A stretch of DNA of 64,000 nt from Dehalococcoidia bacterium. Lineage in GTDB: Bacteria; Chloroflexota; Dehalococcoidia; Lucifugimonadales; UBA3495. This document shows, piece after piece, positions 27,428-36,561 of this stretch. The notes under the pieces are model-generated. The model saw only the letters and a list, made by a program, of their open reading frames with translations, did not search any database and was not told the DNA's origin. Numbering within the stretch: position 1 is the first letter of the stretch; the number at the start of each line of letters is the position of its first letter. The DNA lies in contig OY760687.1 in the NCBI GenBank assembly GCA_963663945.1, forward strand, positions 2,708,555 to 2,772,554. The letters are read 5' to 3'. The position numbers and the translations under genes were made by a program.

Positions 27428-28297
27428 ATGACCACGATAATCGGCGTCGACTTCAGCGGCCATCGGGACGACCGCAACACGTGGCTGGCACGGGGAATAC
27501 TCACTGATGATGGGGCGCTGGTTCTGGACAGCGTGCAGCCGGTCCGGCGCGATGACCTTTACCACACCCTGGCGAATGTGCCGACGCCGGCGGTGGCGGC
27601 ATTGGACTTCCCGTTTGGCGTGCCGCGGACGTTCGCAGATTTCCTGTCCCCGAAGCGATCGCCTCGGGATATGGCGGATATCTGGCAAGTGGTATCTGAT
27701 CTGACTGCGGCCGATTTCATCGACAGGCGAGATGCATTCGTGAATCAGCAATCTGGGCTGCCGCTCTCCCAGCGCGAACCCAGGCGCGCCGGCGACCAGG
27801 CCCACCATCGGGAAAGCTATTCGCCCCTGCATACCGTCAACCCCAACATGCTGCCGATGACCTTCGAGGGGATCAAGATGCTGCAGCGGTTGCACGCCGA
27901 GCAGTCGAGCCGCTGGCATGTGCCGCCGCTGGAACCCACCGGTCCACCATCGGACCGGGTCACTCTTCTTGAGCTGATGCCGGGAGCGCTCCTGAAATCG
28001 ATTGGATTGCCGTACAAGGGATACAAGAAAGGGCGATCCGCTTTGGAACGGCGCGACCACATTCTGGGTGGACTGGCCGAGTCCTCTCAAGTGGCCCTGC
28101 CCAACCTGGAACGTGTCCGGATGGCGTGCCGGGCCAACGACGACTGCCTGGACGCGGTGGTCGCGTCCGTGGGAGCGGCAGCGTGGGCCATAAACTCGTG
28201 CCGATTCCACCACCCCGACAGCCACGAACTGGCGGACGCAGCGTTGGAAGGTTGGATTTACGTGCCGGGGTACAACCAGGCAAACGGCTCAGCCTGA
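27428..28297 (+). CDS. DUF429-like (predicted RNase H-fold) protein
   Basis: N-terminal IIGVDFSG and C-terminal DDCLDAVVASVGAAAW...EGWIYVP. Confidence 0.6.
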   Translation: MTTIIGVDFSGHRDDRNTWLARGILTDDGALVLDSVQPVRRDDLYHTLANVPTPAVAALDFPFGVPRTFADFLSPKRSPRDMADIWQVVSDLTAADFIDRRDAFVNQQSGLPLSQREPRRAGDQAHHRESYSPLHTVNPNMLPMTFEGIKMLQRLHAEQSSRWHVPPLEPTGPPSDRVTLLELMPGALLKSIGLPYKGYKKGRSALERRDHILGGLAESSQVALPNLERVRMACRANDDCLDAVVASVGAAAWAINSCRFHHPDSHELADAALEGWIYVPGYNQANGSA

Positions 28298-28966
28298 CTG
28301 GCGGCCTCGCAGGAGGATAACCAGCCCGATTGCGAGGCCCGCGCCGATCAACTGCATCACGATAAACATCGGTGCCGACGCCGGGTAAATTCCGGCGAAG
28401 GTGTCGGAAAACATCCGGGCTATCGTCACCGCAGGGTTCGCGAAGCTGGTGGAGGAGGTGAAGAAATACGCCGCACCGATGTACGCTCCCACCGCCACCG
28501 GGATGACCACCGCTCGGTGCCTCGGGATGAGGAAGATCACGAAGAGCAATCCCAGAGTGGCGATCACCTCTGCCAGCCACAGATCCGGTCCGCTTCGCAC
28601 CTTCGTCGACCAGGTGACCGGAGGCAACGCGAACATCAGGTTGGCCAGAACGGCGCCAACAATACCGCCGGCAACCTGGGCCCCGATGTAGACGATACCC
28701 TCGCGCACCGGCCGACCGTGCAAAACTACGTCAGCCAGGGTCACCGCCGGGTTGAAATGCGCGCCGGAAACGGGTCCGAACGCCCAGATCAACGCCATCA
28801 ACCCAAATGCGGTGGCGACGGCGTTTTCGAACAGCTGCAACCCAATGTCGCCAGGACTGAGCCGCTGGGCGGCAATGCCGCTGCCGATCACCGTCATCAG
28901 CAGGAAAGCGGTACCCACCGCCTCCGCGAGGAGCCGTCGGCCTAGCGTGGGCAGCAAGGACGACAT
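28289..28966 (-). CDS. MIP/aquaporin-family channel
   Basis: Two NPA boxes (HFNPAVTLA and FANPAVTIAR) and 6 TM segments. I prefer ATG 28966 because a hairpin plus U-run abuts the alternative ATG at 28993. Confidence 0.85.
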   Translation of the reverse strand: MSSLLPTLGRRLLAEAVGTAFLLMTVIGSGIAAQRLSPGDIGLQLFENAVATAFGLMALIWAFGPVSGAHFNPAVTLADVVLHGRPVREGIVYIGAQVAGGIVGAVLANLMFALPPVTWSTKVRSGPDLWLAEVIATLGLLFVIFLIPRHRAVVIPVAVGAYIGAAYFFTSSTSFANPAVTIARMFSDTFAGIYPASAPMFIVMQLIGAGLAIGLVILLRGRQSG

Positions 28967-28993
28967 CCTTTGCGACGGTGGACCAACAGACAT

Positions 28994-29017
28994 ACAAAAA
29001 GGGCGGAAAATCCGCCC
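28994..29017 (-). terminator. terminator-like hairpin plus U-run in the MIP 5' leader (possible attenuator)
   Basis: The minus strand reads GGGCGGA-UUUU-CCGCCC UUUUUGU and ends at 28994, directly abutting ATG 28993. Confidence 0.5.
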
Positions 29018-29068
29018 CTTCCATCGGCTCCCGCTTCCACCATGTCGCCATAGTAGACCATGGGAAAG

Positions 29069-29097
29069 AGTCTACCAATGGGTCATGGGACGGTCAA
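29069..29097 (-). promoter_or_regulatory. candidate sigma70-type promoter for the MIP leader
   Basis: The minus strand reads TTGACC (29097-29092), then N17, then TAGACT (29074-29069). Confidence 0.4.
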
Positions 29098-29106
29098 CCG
29101 ACCGCG

Positions 29107-29136
29107 TTGACGCTCCGGGCCGTCGCTTACTATAAT
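29107..29136 (+). promoter_or_regulatory. candidate promoter for the 29176 gene
   Basis: TTGACG (29107-29112), then N18, then TATAAT (29131-29136). It lies back-to-back with the minus-strand promoter. Confidence 0.4.
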
Positions 29137-29175
29137 CCGGGACATCAACCGAAGACTGAAGAGGTACCGGCAGCA

Positions 29176-29478
29176 ATGAACCTGAAAACTGGACAACGTT
29201 ACGTGGGCCCGGGCGGCGCTGAGATGATAGTCAGCAAGGCCAGCGGGGAAGGCGATCTCACCGACGGCGAAATTCCCCTGCAAATCAAGGGCGCCAGCGT
29301 CGATTTCGGCGGAGCGGGCACAGCCGACGACGCGCCAGAGGTGACCATGGGCAAACGGCTCACATCCGCGGACGGCAGCGTGTCCGTCCTGATCACCAAG
29401 GCGGGCAAGTGCGACCTGCGACTGAACGGCGAGGCGATGGAGTTGCAGGAAGCGAAGCAACTGCCCTCGTCCGACTAA
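29176..29478 (+). CDS. hypothetical protein (two short internal repeats)
   Basis: MNLKTGQRYVGPGGAEMIVSKASGEGDL... and ...MGKRLTSADGSVSVLITKAGKCDL... are two similar halves. Start chosen at ATG 29176 within ORF 28978..29478. Confidence 0.45.
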   Translation: MNLKTGQRYVGPGGAEMIVSKASGEGDLTDGEIPLQIKGASVDFGGAGTADDAPEVTMGKRLTSADGSVSVLITKAGKCDLRLNGEAMELQEAKQLPSSD

Positions 29479-29504
29479 CGCGCAACTGGATGGAGACACG
29501 AACT

Positions 29505-29529
29505 GGGGGCGGGTTCTGGACCCGCCCCC
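29505..29529. terminator. bidirectional terminator hairpin between convergent genes
   Basis: GGGGGCGGG-TTCTGGA-CCCGCCCCC followed by TTGCATTGTT. Confidence 0.6.
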
Positions 29530-29575
29530 TTGCATTGTTCTCGCTCGGCGATTGCACGAAAATCGCGCTCCCAGC

Positions 29576-30646
29576 CTACAGGAAGTGCGGGATCACGTAC
29601 TTCCCAAAGAGCCGAATGCTGTTCATGATCTTGCTGTGGGGCAGGTTGCCCATCTGCATGAAGCAGAGGATCTGGTCGACGCCGGCCTCGCGGTACTTTT
29701 CAATCGTCTTGATCACCGTTTCGGGTGAGCCCATGGCGAACGCGCCCGACTCGATGTGATCGTCGGCGGTCTTGTCGACGCGCTCCTCCTGGACGGCATT
29801 GACGGCGAAGCGGTAGCTGTCCGGCACCGCGCGCCCGGCCCACGGCGCATACAGTTCTTCGGCCTTGCCGACGAACCACTCGCCCTCGCGAGCGGCGGAT
29901 TCATACGCCTCTTCATCGGTGTCGGCCACGTGGACCATGCACAGCGCCGCGATATTGTCGTTGACCATGCGGCCGATGGGATTGGCGTTCTTCACCGCGT
30001 CGCGGTAGATCTCGACCCTTTCGACCAGCTGTTCGTGTCCGCCCAGGTTGAAGCACAGCACCCCCACGCCCAGCTCACCGGCTTCTCCAAAGGACGTCGG
30101 TTGGCTGCACGCCATCCACATGGGCGGGTGCGGGTCCTGCACCGGCTTGGGGATCACCGATCGGGGCGGGATGTTATAGAACTCGCCCGAATGGGAGAAC
30201 GGGTCCTCGGTCCACATGCGCGGGATCATCTCTATGGCCTCCCGCCACTGGGCCTTGGTGGTCTCCGGGTCGACCTCGAAACCGTCCATTTCGATAAGCG
30301 TCGTGGATCGACCGGTTCCCAGGTCCATGCGGCCGTCGCTGACGATGTCCAGCACCGCGGCTCGCTCGGCGACCCGAACCGGGTGGTTGTAAGCGCCGGG
30401 CAGCAAGGCGACTGCGTGGCCGATGCGAATTCGCTTGGTCCGCTGGGAAATCGCGCCGTACAGCACCTCGGGGGCGGAACAGTGGGAGAACTCCCGCAGG
30501 AAGTGGTGCTCCACGGTCCAGAAGTAGTCGAAGCCAACGTCGTCCGCCAGCTCGACCTGAGCCATGACCTGCTTGTAGCGGTCGGCTTCGATGCCGGGGT
30601 AATGGGGCTCGGGAACTTGAATCTCGTACATCAATCCGAATTTCAT
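29576..30646 (-). CDS. LLM-class flavin-dependent oxidoreductase
   Basis: MKFGLMYEIQVP...FDYFWTVEHHFLREFSHCSAPEV matches the luciferase-like monooxygenase pattern. Confidence 0.85.
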   Translation of the reverse strand: MKFGLMYEIQVPEPHYPGIEADRYKQVMAQVELADDVGFDYFWTVEHHFLREFSHCSAPEVLYGAISQRTKRIRIGHAVALLPGAYNHPVRVAERAAVLDIVSDGRMDLGTGRSTTLIEMDGFEVDPETTKAQWREAIEMIPRMWTEDPFSHSGEFYNIPPRSVIPKPVQDPHPPMWMACSQPTSFGEAGELGVGVLCFNLGGHEQLVERVEIYRDAVKNANPIGRMVNDNIAALCMVHVADTDEEAYESAAREGEWFVGKAEELYAPWAGRAVPDSYRFAVNAVQEERVDKTADDHIESGAFAMGSPETVIKTIEKYREAGVDQILCFMQMGNLPHSKIMNSIRLFGKYVIPHFL

Positions 30647-30972
30647 GGGAGATCTCCTTTGAACATAAAGGCGGCGGCGTCTCTTGGCTTAATTTGTTTG
30701 GCGATGGCAGCGCCGGATTCTTGCTCCACCATTTTCAAATCATAGGAGGTTTGCAGATTCATCCAGAGGCGCTCTCCGTCCCCGAAGTATCGAGCCATTC
30801 GCAACGCGAGTTCAGCGTCGATGTGACGCTTTTCCCCCAGGATCGCAGAAACCGTTCCAGGAGGAACAGCTAGGCATGCATCAAGTTCCTCGGGAGACAT
30901 ACCGATTTCTTCCAGTTCGTCAGCCAGAATTTCGCCAGGATGTATTGGCCGCATTCCATTTTTAGGGGGCAT
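30643..30972 (-). CDS. higA: HigA-family antitoxin (XRE HTH)
   Basis: IHPGEILADELEEIGMSPEELDACLAVPPGTVSAILGEKRHIDAELALRMARYFG. Confidence 0.8.
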   Translation of the reverse strand: MPPKNGMRPIHPGEILADELEEIGMSPEELDACLAVPPGTVSAILGEKRHIDAELALRMARYFGDGERLWMNLQTSYDLKMVEQESGAAIAKQIKPRDAAAFMFKGDLP

Positions 30973-30982
30973 GCGTCATACC

Positions 30983-31264
30983 TCAAACGTGGTAGTCAAC
31001 TATTTGAACGTCGTGTGGGGCGCCCTCGGTCCAGTGAAAGCAGACACGCCATTGTCGATTGATGCGAATGCTGTATTCGCCTCGCCTGTCCCCAACCAGG
31101 CGCTCCAACCGATTACTGCGGATGTTTCTCAATTGTGACAAGGATGTGGCATCGTCCAGAATTTGCAGGCGACGTGTTGCTTGCTCAGCAAATGATCGAA
31201 AGCGCGCGACTGAATGCCCATTGAACAATGTCTCGGTATCTCTGTCTCTAAACGATTGTATCAA
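30983..31264 (-). CDS. higB: HigB-type (RelE/ParE superfamily) toxin
   Basis: MIQSFRDRDTETLFNG...YSIRINRQWRVCFHW...VQIVDYH matches the 'plasmid maintenance system killer' family pattern. Confidence 0.8.
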   Translation of the reverse strand: MIQSFRDRDTETLFNGHSVARFRSFAEQATRRLQILDDATSLSQLRNIRSNRLERLVGDRRGEYSIRINRQWRVCFHWTEGAPHDVQIVDYHV

Positions 31265-31282
31265 TTTCGTGATCCAACGGCT

Positions 31283-32389
31283 CTACGGCACCAGCATCGC
31301 CCGTGTGATCTCGGTCTGGCGCTGGCTCCACTCGGCGGCGGCGAAAGCCTCGTTGACGTCCGCCAGCGGGAACGTGTGCGATACCAGCTTGTCGAAGGGC
31401 AGACGGTCCTGGTTGCGCACCAGGAAGTCCAGCAACTCCGGCAGCAGCGACGGACGATACATCAGGCTGCCCACGATGTTCTTGCCCTGCAGCAGCTTGG
31501 ACGGGTCGATGGACACTTCCTGCCCCCGCACGATGTCGCCAATCTCGACGAAAGTGCCGCCGTTGGACAGCATATCGATGCCTTCCTTCAACAGGTCGGC
31601 GCGACCCACCAGCTCCATCACCACGTCAGCGCCGCGGCCGCGGGTCAGCTCGCGGACCCGGCGGACGCGTGTCTCAGGGGTGTTGAACTCCTCAATGTTG
31701 ATGGTCTCGTCGGCTCCGAACTCCTCAGCGAGAGCCAGGCGGTTCTCCAAGCGGTCCAACACAATGACCCGATCCGCCCCGCGCTCCTTGGCCATGGCGG
31801 TGGCGTGGATTCCCAGTCCGCCAGCGCCAATGATGACCACGGACTGTCCGTGGCTCATTCCCGCCCGCTCCAGGCCGGTGGTCACCGTGCCCATGGCGCA
31901 GTTGACCGGCCCCAGCAGATTGTCGGGGAGTTCGTCCGGGACTCGGAAGAACGGATGACGCGGCGGCAGGTAGAGAAAGTCGCCGTAGGTGCCGGTGAAG
32001 TATGGCCAGTTGCCGGCGGCAGGATACTGGCGGTTGGCGCACCAGTTGGTGTTTCCGCGCAGGCACATGTGGCAGTGGTAGCAGGGGAACACGGCGGCGT
32101 ACACCACGCGGTCGCCCTCTTTCACGTCGGTTCCCCAGTAGTCGGTGGTGATTCCGTCACCCAGGTATTCGATGACGCCGGTGCCCTCATGTCCCATGAC
32201 CCGCCCAGTTTCGGGCAGGGGATTATGTTCCTGGGTCTGGTCGCCGCGCCAGGTATGCAGGTCGGAGCCGCAGATGCCGGCCTGGGTCATGCGGAGCAAT
32301 ACCGCTCCGGGTTGGGGTTCCGGAACGTCGTACTCTTCGATCTCAAAGGGCTTGCCGTATTCCTTGACGACTACGATGCGTCCTTTCAT
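31283..32389 (-). CDS. zinc-dependent alcohol dehydrogenase (MDR) family protein
   Basis: GICGSDLH, GHEGTG and GAGGLG Rossmann motif. Confidence 0.85.
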   Translation of the reverse strand: MKGRIVVVKEYGKPFEIEEYDVPEPQPGAVLLRMTQAGICGSDLHTWRGDQTQEHNPLPETGRVMGHEGTGVIEYLGDGITTDYWGTDVKEGDRVVYAAVFPCYHCHMCLRGNTNWCANRQYPAAGNWPYFTGTYGDFLYLPPRHPFFRVPDELPDNLLGPVNCAMGTVTTGLERAGMSHGQSVVIIGAGGLGIHATAMAKERGADRVIVLDRLENRLALAEEFGADETINIEEFNTPETRVRRVRELTRGRGADVVMELVGRADLLKEGIDMLSNGGTFVEIGDIVRGQEVSIDPSKLLQGKNIVGSLMYRPSLLPELLDFLVRNQDRLPFDKLVSHTFPLADVNEAFAAAEWSQRQTEITRAMLVP

Positions 32390-32544
32390 GGTGGTCCCTC
32401 CGATTGAACGTGATAATGGCGTCAGATGGCCGGTATCCTAGCATACGCCGGGGGGTTGGGTAAGGGCGCAGAGCCGGAGCAACTGCTGTGATAAACTGCG
32501 GGCAACGATAGAAAAATGACACGCCGATAATCACGGGTACGGCT

Positions 32545-32973
32545 ATGAAGATTGCTATCGGTTCCGACCACGCGGGGTTCGAGTACAAGGGGAAACTACT
32601 GTCCTTGCTGGCCTATCTGGGGCACGAAGCGTTGGACTACGGCGCTTATTCCGAGGAGTCGACTGACTATCCGGAATGGATACGCCCCGTCGCCGAGGCG
32701 GTTGCAAGAGGAGAGGTGGACCGGGGCATCGTCCTGGGCGGGTCGGGCAATGGCGAAGCCATCGTCGCCAACCGCGTGCCGGGAGTCCGCTGTACGCTGT
32801 GCTGGAACGCGGAGTCGGCCCGGTACGGCCGCCAGCACAACGACTCCAACGTATTGTCCATGGGACAGCGGCTGGTGACCTGGGAAACGGCGCGGGAAAT
32901 CGTGGACGCGTGGCTGACCACCGAGTTCGAAGGCGGCCGTCACCAGCGCCGCATCAACCAGATCGACGAATAG
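32545..32973 (+). CDS. rpiB: ribose-5-phosphate isomerase B (RpiB/LacA/LacB family)
   Basis: MKIAIGSDHAGFEYK...GIVLGGSGNGEAIVANR. Confidence 0.85.
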   Translation: MKIAIGSDHAGFEYKGKLLSLLAYLGHEALDYGAYSEESTDYPEWIRPVAEAVARGEVDRGIVLGGSGNGEAIVANRVPGVRCTLCWNAESARYGRQHNDSNVLSMGQRLVTWETAREIVDAWLTTEFEGGRHQRRINQIDE

Positions 32974-32999
32974 ACGCCGCGCAAATCTCAAAATGGCAA

Positions 33000-33028
33000 A
33001 GGCGCCTCGATGGTTGAGGCGCCTTTTC
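33000..33028 (+). terminator. intrinsic terminator after rpiB
   Basis: AAAGGCGCCTC-loop-GAGGCGCCTTT followed by TCTTTGC. Confidence 0.65.
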
Positions 33029-33057
33029 TTTGCGGCGGCGGTCGGATTGACGCGCTA

Positions 33058-33672
33058 TCAGGGAGATACAGCGTCCGTGACCCCAATCATGCTGTCACGG
33101 GTCACCAGCGCGGCCAGTCCCTCCTCGCTCATGCCCTCGGTTCCGGCAGGCCGGCGCGGCAACACCAGGTAGCGCAGGTCGGCAGTGCTGTCGAGGACGC
33201 GCACCTCGGCATCCGCTGGCGGCGCGGCGCCAAACTCAGCCATCACCCCGCGCGGGTCGCGCACGGCGCGGGCCCGGTAGGCCAGGCTCTTGTACCAGTC
33301 CGGTGGCCGGCCGAGCAGCATCCTGGGGTAGCAGGAACACAGGGTGCAGACCACCATGTTATGAACATCGTCCGTGTTCTCAACCACCGTCAAATGCGGG
33401 GTCTCGGCCGGGATCTCGATGCCCATCTCCGACAACGCGGAGCGCGAATCCGCCAGCAGGCGCGCCTTGAAACCTTCGTCGACCCAGGCCCGGGCGACGA
33501 CCCGCGCGCCTTCGGCTGGCGTGCGACCGTCCATCAGGTTCACCTGGCGCTGCACTTCATCGGCCGTGAGCAGGCCTTTCTCCGCGAGCAGAGCTTCAAT
33601 TGCCACGGAGCGCAGGGCCACCTCGCTCATGGGCTCATCATGGATGTGGTCAACGACATGGGTTGCGGTCAT
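33058..33672 (-). CDS. nitrile hydratase alpha subunit (Co-type metal claw)
   Basis: VCTLCSCYPRMLLG active-site motif and a length of about 204 aa. Confidence 0.85.
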   Translation of the reverse strand: MTATHVVDHIHDEPMSEVALRSVAIEALLAEKGLLTADEVQRQVNLMDGRTPAEGARVVARAWVDEGFKARLLADSRSALSEMGIEIPAETPHLTVVENTDDVHNMVVCTLCSCYPRMLLGRPPDWYKSLAYRARAVRDPRGVMAEFGAAPPADAEVRVLDSTADLRYLVLPRRPAGTEGMSEEGLAALVTRDSMIGVTDAVSP

Positions 33673-33755
33673 GTTTTTCTCTCCAGTGTTCTGCGGGAGC
33701 GGCTGGGATCAGCACCGATCACGCCAGCGAGCAATCACATTTGGAGGCAAGGCCC

Positions 33756-34859
33756 CTAATTGTGACAGCCTCGGGCTTCGATCTCCCAAACCGCCTCCAC
33801 CTTTCCGTCACGTATGCCGATGAAACGATCCCAGCGGCTCACCATGGCGTCCTGCTGGCCGGGAAGCAGCAGAACCTGGTCGCCAACCGCCAGTTCGGCT
33901 CCCTCAGCCGTCTGGAACACGGTGCGGTCGGTGTCCATATCGACAGCTTCGACCCCGGGTCGACCGTCTACTCGCGGCAAGCCCTTCATCCCTCCCACGG
34001 CCCGGGCTCCAGCATCGCCTATCGCCATTCCCGGACGCGGGACGCTGATAATGGACGACAGCACCTTGCCGGCCAGATGGAAATCCTCCATGTATTCGTA
34101 TGAGGTTTCCATCACCAGGTAGGAGCCGCCCTGGATTTCAGTGACCTCCGGCATGTCACCGGCAATGTCGTAGCTCCAGGTTTCGCCCGTCGACACGATG
34201 TCAACCGGCAGACCGTCGGCGAGCATCGCTTCCCTGAGATCCAGAACCGGCTGGATGAGATGGTGTGCTTCGGTGGTCCGGTCCTCCAAGTCACCAGAGG
34301 GCTCCGCCATCATCTGGTGGCTCATCACGCCTTTCAGCGAGAGCCCGGGCAGCGAATCAATCAATCGGGCCAGATCAAGGCCGGCGTCCGCCTCCTGTAC
34401 TCCGCACCGGACCAGTCCGGTTTCCTGCTCGATGACCACGCCCAGGTCTACGCCCTGGGCAACAGCAGCCTGGGACAGGTCCTGGGCGTTGGTTTCGTTT
34501 TCGCAGGCCACCAGGATCTCAGCCTGGTCCGCCAGGGCGCAGAGGCGGGCGATCTTGGGCGGCGCAACCACCTCGCTGGTGACGAATACGCTGGCCACTC
34601 CACCCTGCACCATGACCTCGGCCTCGGCAACCTTGGCGGCGCACACCCCGCCGATGGTCCCGCCGCGCTGGATCTGCCGCAGGGCCAGGGCCGGACTCTT
34701 GTGGTTCTTGCTGTGTCCACGCAACTTGCTGTGCCGGTCACCGTAGAAATCGGCAATCACATCCATGTTGTGGTCCAGCGCATCCATGTCCAGGATCAGG
34801 CATGGAGTATCCAGTTGCGCAATCGGAGTGCCGGGTTGGGGTTCATACGCTTGCGGCAT
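33756..34859 (-). CDS. DSD1-family (alanine-racemase-N fold) PLP enzyme, D-serine dehydratase / D-threonine aldolase-like
   Basis: LDTPCLILDMDALDHN...LRGHSKNHKSP (PLP-Lys motif). C-terminal ...GDQVLLLPGQQDAMVSRWD. Confidence 0.75.
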   Translation of the reverse strand: MPQAYEPQPGTPIAQLDTPCLILDMDALDHNMDVIADFYGDRHSKLRGHSKNHKSPALALRQIQRGGTIGGVCAAKVAEAEVMVQGGVASVFVTSEVVAPPKIARLCALADQAEILVACENETNAQDLSQAAVAQGVDLGVVIEQETGLVRCGVQEADAGLDLARLIDSLPGLSLKGVMSHQMMAEPSGDLEDRTTEAHHLIQPVLDLREAMLADGLPVDIVSTGETWSYDIAGDMPEVTEIQGGSYLVMETSYEYMEDFHLAGKVLSSIISVPRPGMAIGDAGARAVGGMKGLPRVDGRPGVEAVDMDTDRTVFQTAEGAELAVGDQVLLLPGQQDAMVSRWDRFIGIRDGKVEAVWEIEARGCHN

Positions 34860-34938
34860 GGAAGTACCTCCGAGGTTCCGTAATATCTAATCGATTTTCG
34901 CTGTGAACACTGACCGGTAAAATCGCGGCAATGCAGAA

Positions 34939-36096
34939 CTATCCCAATTGCCCCCGGCCGGAAACCCGCCAATACCCCACCAGCTTGCCATCCCGCACGG
35001 CGCGAATGTAGTCATACTGATTGACGCACAGGGCCAGATTGAACGGAACCAGGTGCACCTTGTCGTTCGGCATCAACCGCTCGGTGGCCGGTCCTTCCAA
35101 ATCCAGTATCCCGTGCTCCGCGCTGAACCGGGAGGCGACGGCGCCCTCGAACGCCTCCAGAACGGGTACACCGAAATCGGGCCCGGTAGTCTTGTGACCG
35201 GCATCCACCACGGCCCGGCCCGCCACCGGATGGCTGATGACCGTCGCCAGTACACTGGCCGCCGGCTGCAACTCCGGGCGCACGCGCCGGGTTTCCATAT
35301 CCATCAGAGCGTACACGCCGGCCTGGACCTCAGTGATGCCCGAAATTTGAGAGACGATATCGTAGTTGTAGGTGCTGCCCGCGCTCACCGTCGCAACCTC
35401 AATGCCGGCCTGCTCCAGAGCGCCTCGCGCGTCCAGAACCGGTTGCAACCGGCGGCGGGTTTCAGCCTCCAGTTCCGACCGGTCCGTTATGGCCAGCGGG
35501 CCCTCGTAGGTCATTATCCCCTTCAATGACAATCCGGGCGCGCTGGCAACCGTTTGCGCCAGATCAACCGCATCCTGCACGGACGCCACACCGCCAAACC
35601 CGTACCCGGCGTCCATGTCCACCAACACCCCCACGGTGACGCCGGCGGCCTGCGCAGCCTCGGCGAGGTCGTGGACATTTCGGGGGTTGTCGACTGCCGC
35701 ACTCAAAGTGATCCGGCCCGCCATGGCGACCAACCGGCTGATCTTGGCGGCGGTGATTACGCGGCCGGCTATGAGGATGTCGTCAATGGCGCCCGAAGGC
35801 GACGCACCCCCGTCGTCGGCAGCAGCAAATGCCTCGGCCTCCGCCAGGGAGCTGACCGCTACGCCGCCGGAGTTGCCCGCCGCGGACAGCTGGATCCGGG
35901 CGATTTCAGGACAGCCGTGACAGGAGACATGAGGCCGAACCGCGACCCCTCCAGCTCCCGATCCATCGTCGGAGCCGCTAACGACATCGTGCAGCACCGC
36001 GATGTTCTGCTCCATTATCCCCAGATCGACCACCAGGGCCGGCGTGTCCAGTTCTTCTGCGGGGGAGCCAATGGGCTGAAATATCGGTCGCTCCAC
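34939..36096 (-). CDS. DSD1-family paralogue lacking the PLP lysine
   Basis: LDTPALVVDLGIMEQN...VRPHVSCHGCP. The H-x-K-x-H-K motif is replaced by HVSCHGC, so there is no Lys and a CxxC is gained. Confidence 0.7.
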   Translation of the reverse strand: MERPIFQPIGSPAEELDTPALVVDLGIMEQNIAVLHDVVSGSDDGSGAGGVAVRPHVSCHGCPEIARIQLSAAGNSGGVAVSSLAEAEAFAAADDGGASPSGAIDDILIAGRVITAAKISRLVAMAGRITLSAAVDNPRNVHDLAEAAQAAGVTVGVLVDMDAGYGFGGVASVQDAVDLAQTVASAPGLSLKGIMTYEGPLAITDRSELEAETRRRLQPVLDARGALEQAGIEVATVSAGSTYNYDIVSQISGITEVQAGVYALMDMETRRVRPELQPAASVLATVISHPVAGRAVVDAGHKTTGPDFGVPVLEAFEGAVASRFSAEHGILDLEGPATERLMPNDKVHLVPFNLALCVNQYDYIRAVRDGKLVGYWRVSGRGQLG

Positions 36097-36261
36097 GGTT
36101 CATGTACCTCTCATTTGCGGCGTTTGCGGGCAAGATAGCACAAATAGCGCCCCGGGCTTGTCGATCTATCGCCGCCGCGGAAGCCAACCCCAGGCGGCGT
36201 TGCTCGAACCAGCCTTTGCGAGGACGGAACCTTGCAAATGCCCTTGCCGATCCTACGGCGA

Positions 36262-36561
36262 TCAGGCTGGCTCCAGCCAGTGCTGGTAAACGTCGACGAG
36301 TAGCGTATCTGTCGGGTTGCCGGCGTAGTCCGGCCACAGATCAGTTTGCTGCAAACGCACGCGATAGAGGGGCTGGCGGGGCAATCCATCGCCTCCGTGG
36401 GCCAGCGTCTCCGGATTGGGAAAGACCCCGCACAGCGCGTCAACCGTGCCGGTGTGCCCCTGGATGTAATGCGGCGTGCGAAAATGGTGCGCCGGCGAAC
36501 CAACGCGCACGCGCACGGACGTCCCATCGGGATAGCGAACAGGTTCGGCCGGTGTGGTCAT
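36262..36561 (-). CDS. nitrile hydratase beta subunit, C-terminal (SH3-like) half as a separate 99-aa protein
   Basis: MTTPAEPVRYPDGTSVRVRV...HFRTPHYIQGHTGTV...YRVRLQQTDLW...VDVYQHWLE. The ATG overlaps the upstream TAA. Confidence 0.7.
   Translation of the reverse strand: MTTPAEPVRYPDGTSVRVRVGSPAHHFRTPHYIQGHTGTVDALCGVFPNPETLAHGGDGLPRQPLYRVRLQQTDLWPDYAGNPTDTLLVDVYQHWLEPA

Noticed and set aside
28994-29065. Fluoride (crcB-motif) riboswitch in the MIP leader, because of GGCGACAUGGUG...GCCGAUGGAAGGGGC.
   Set aside because: There is only a loose resemblance to the GGCGAUGG...CUGAUGAUGCCUAC consensus. The pseudoknot partners are not evident, and MIP channels are not known fluoride-riboswitch targets.
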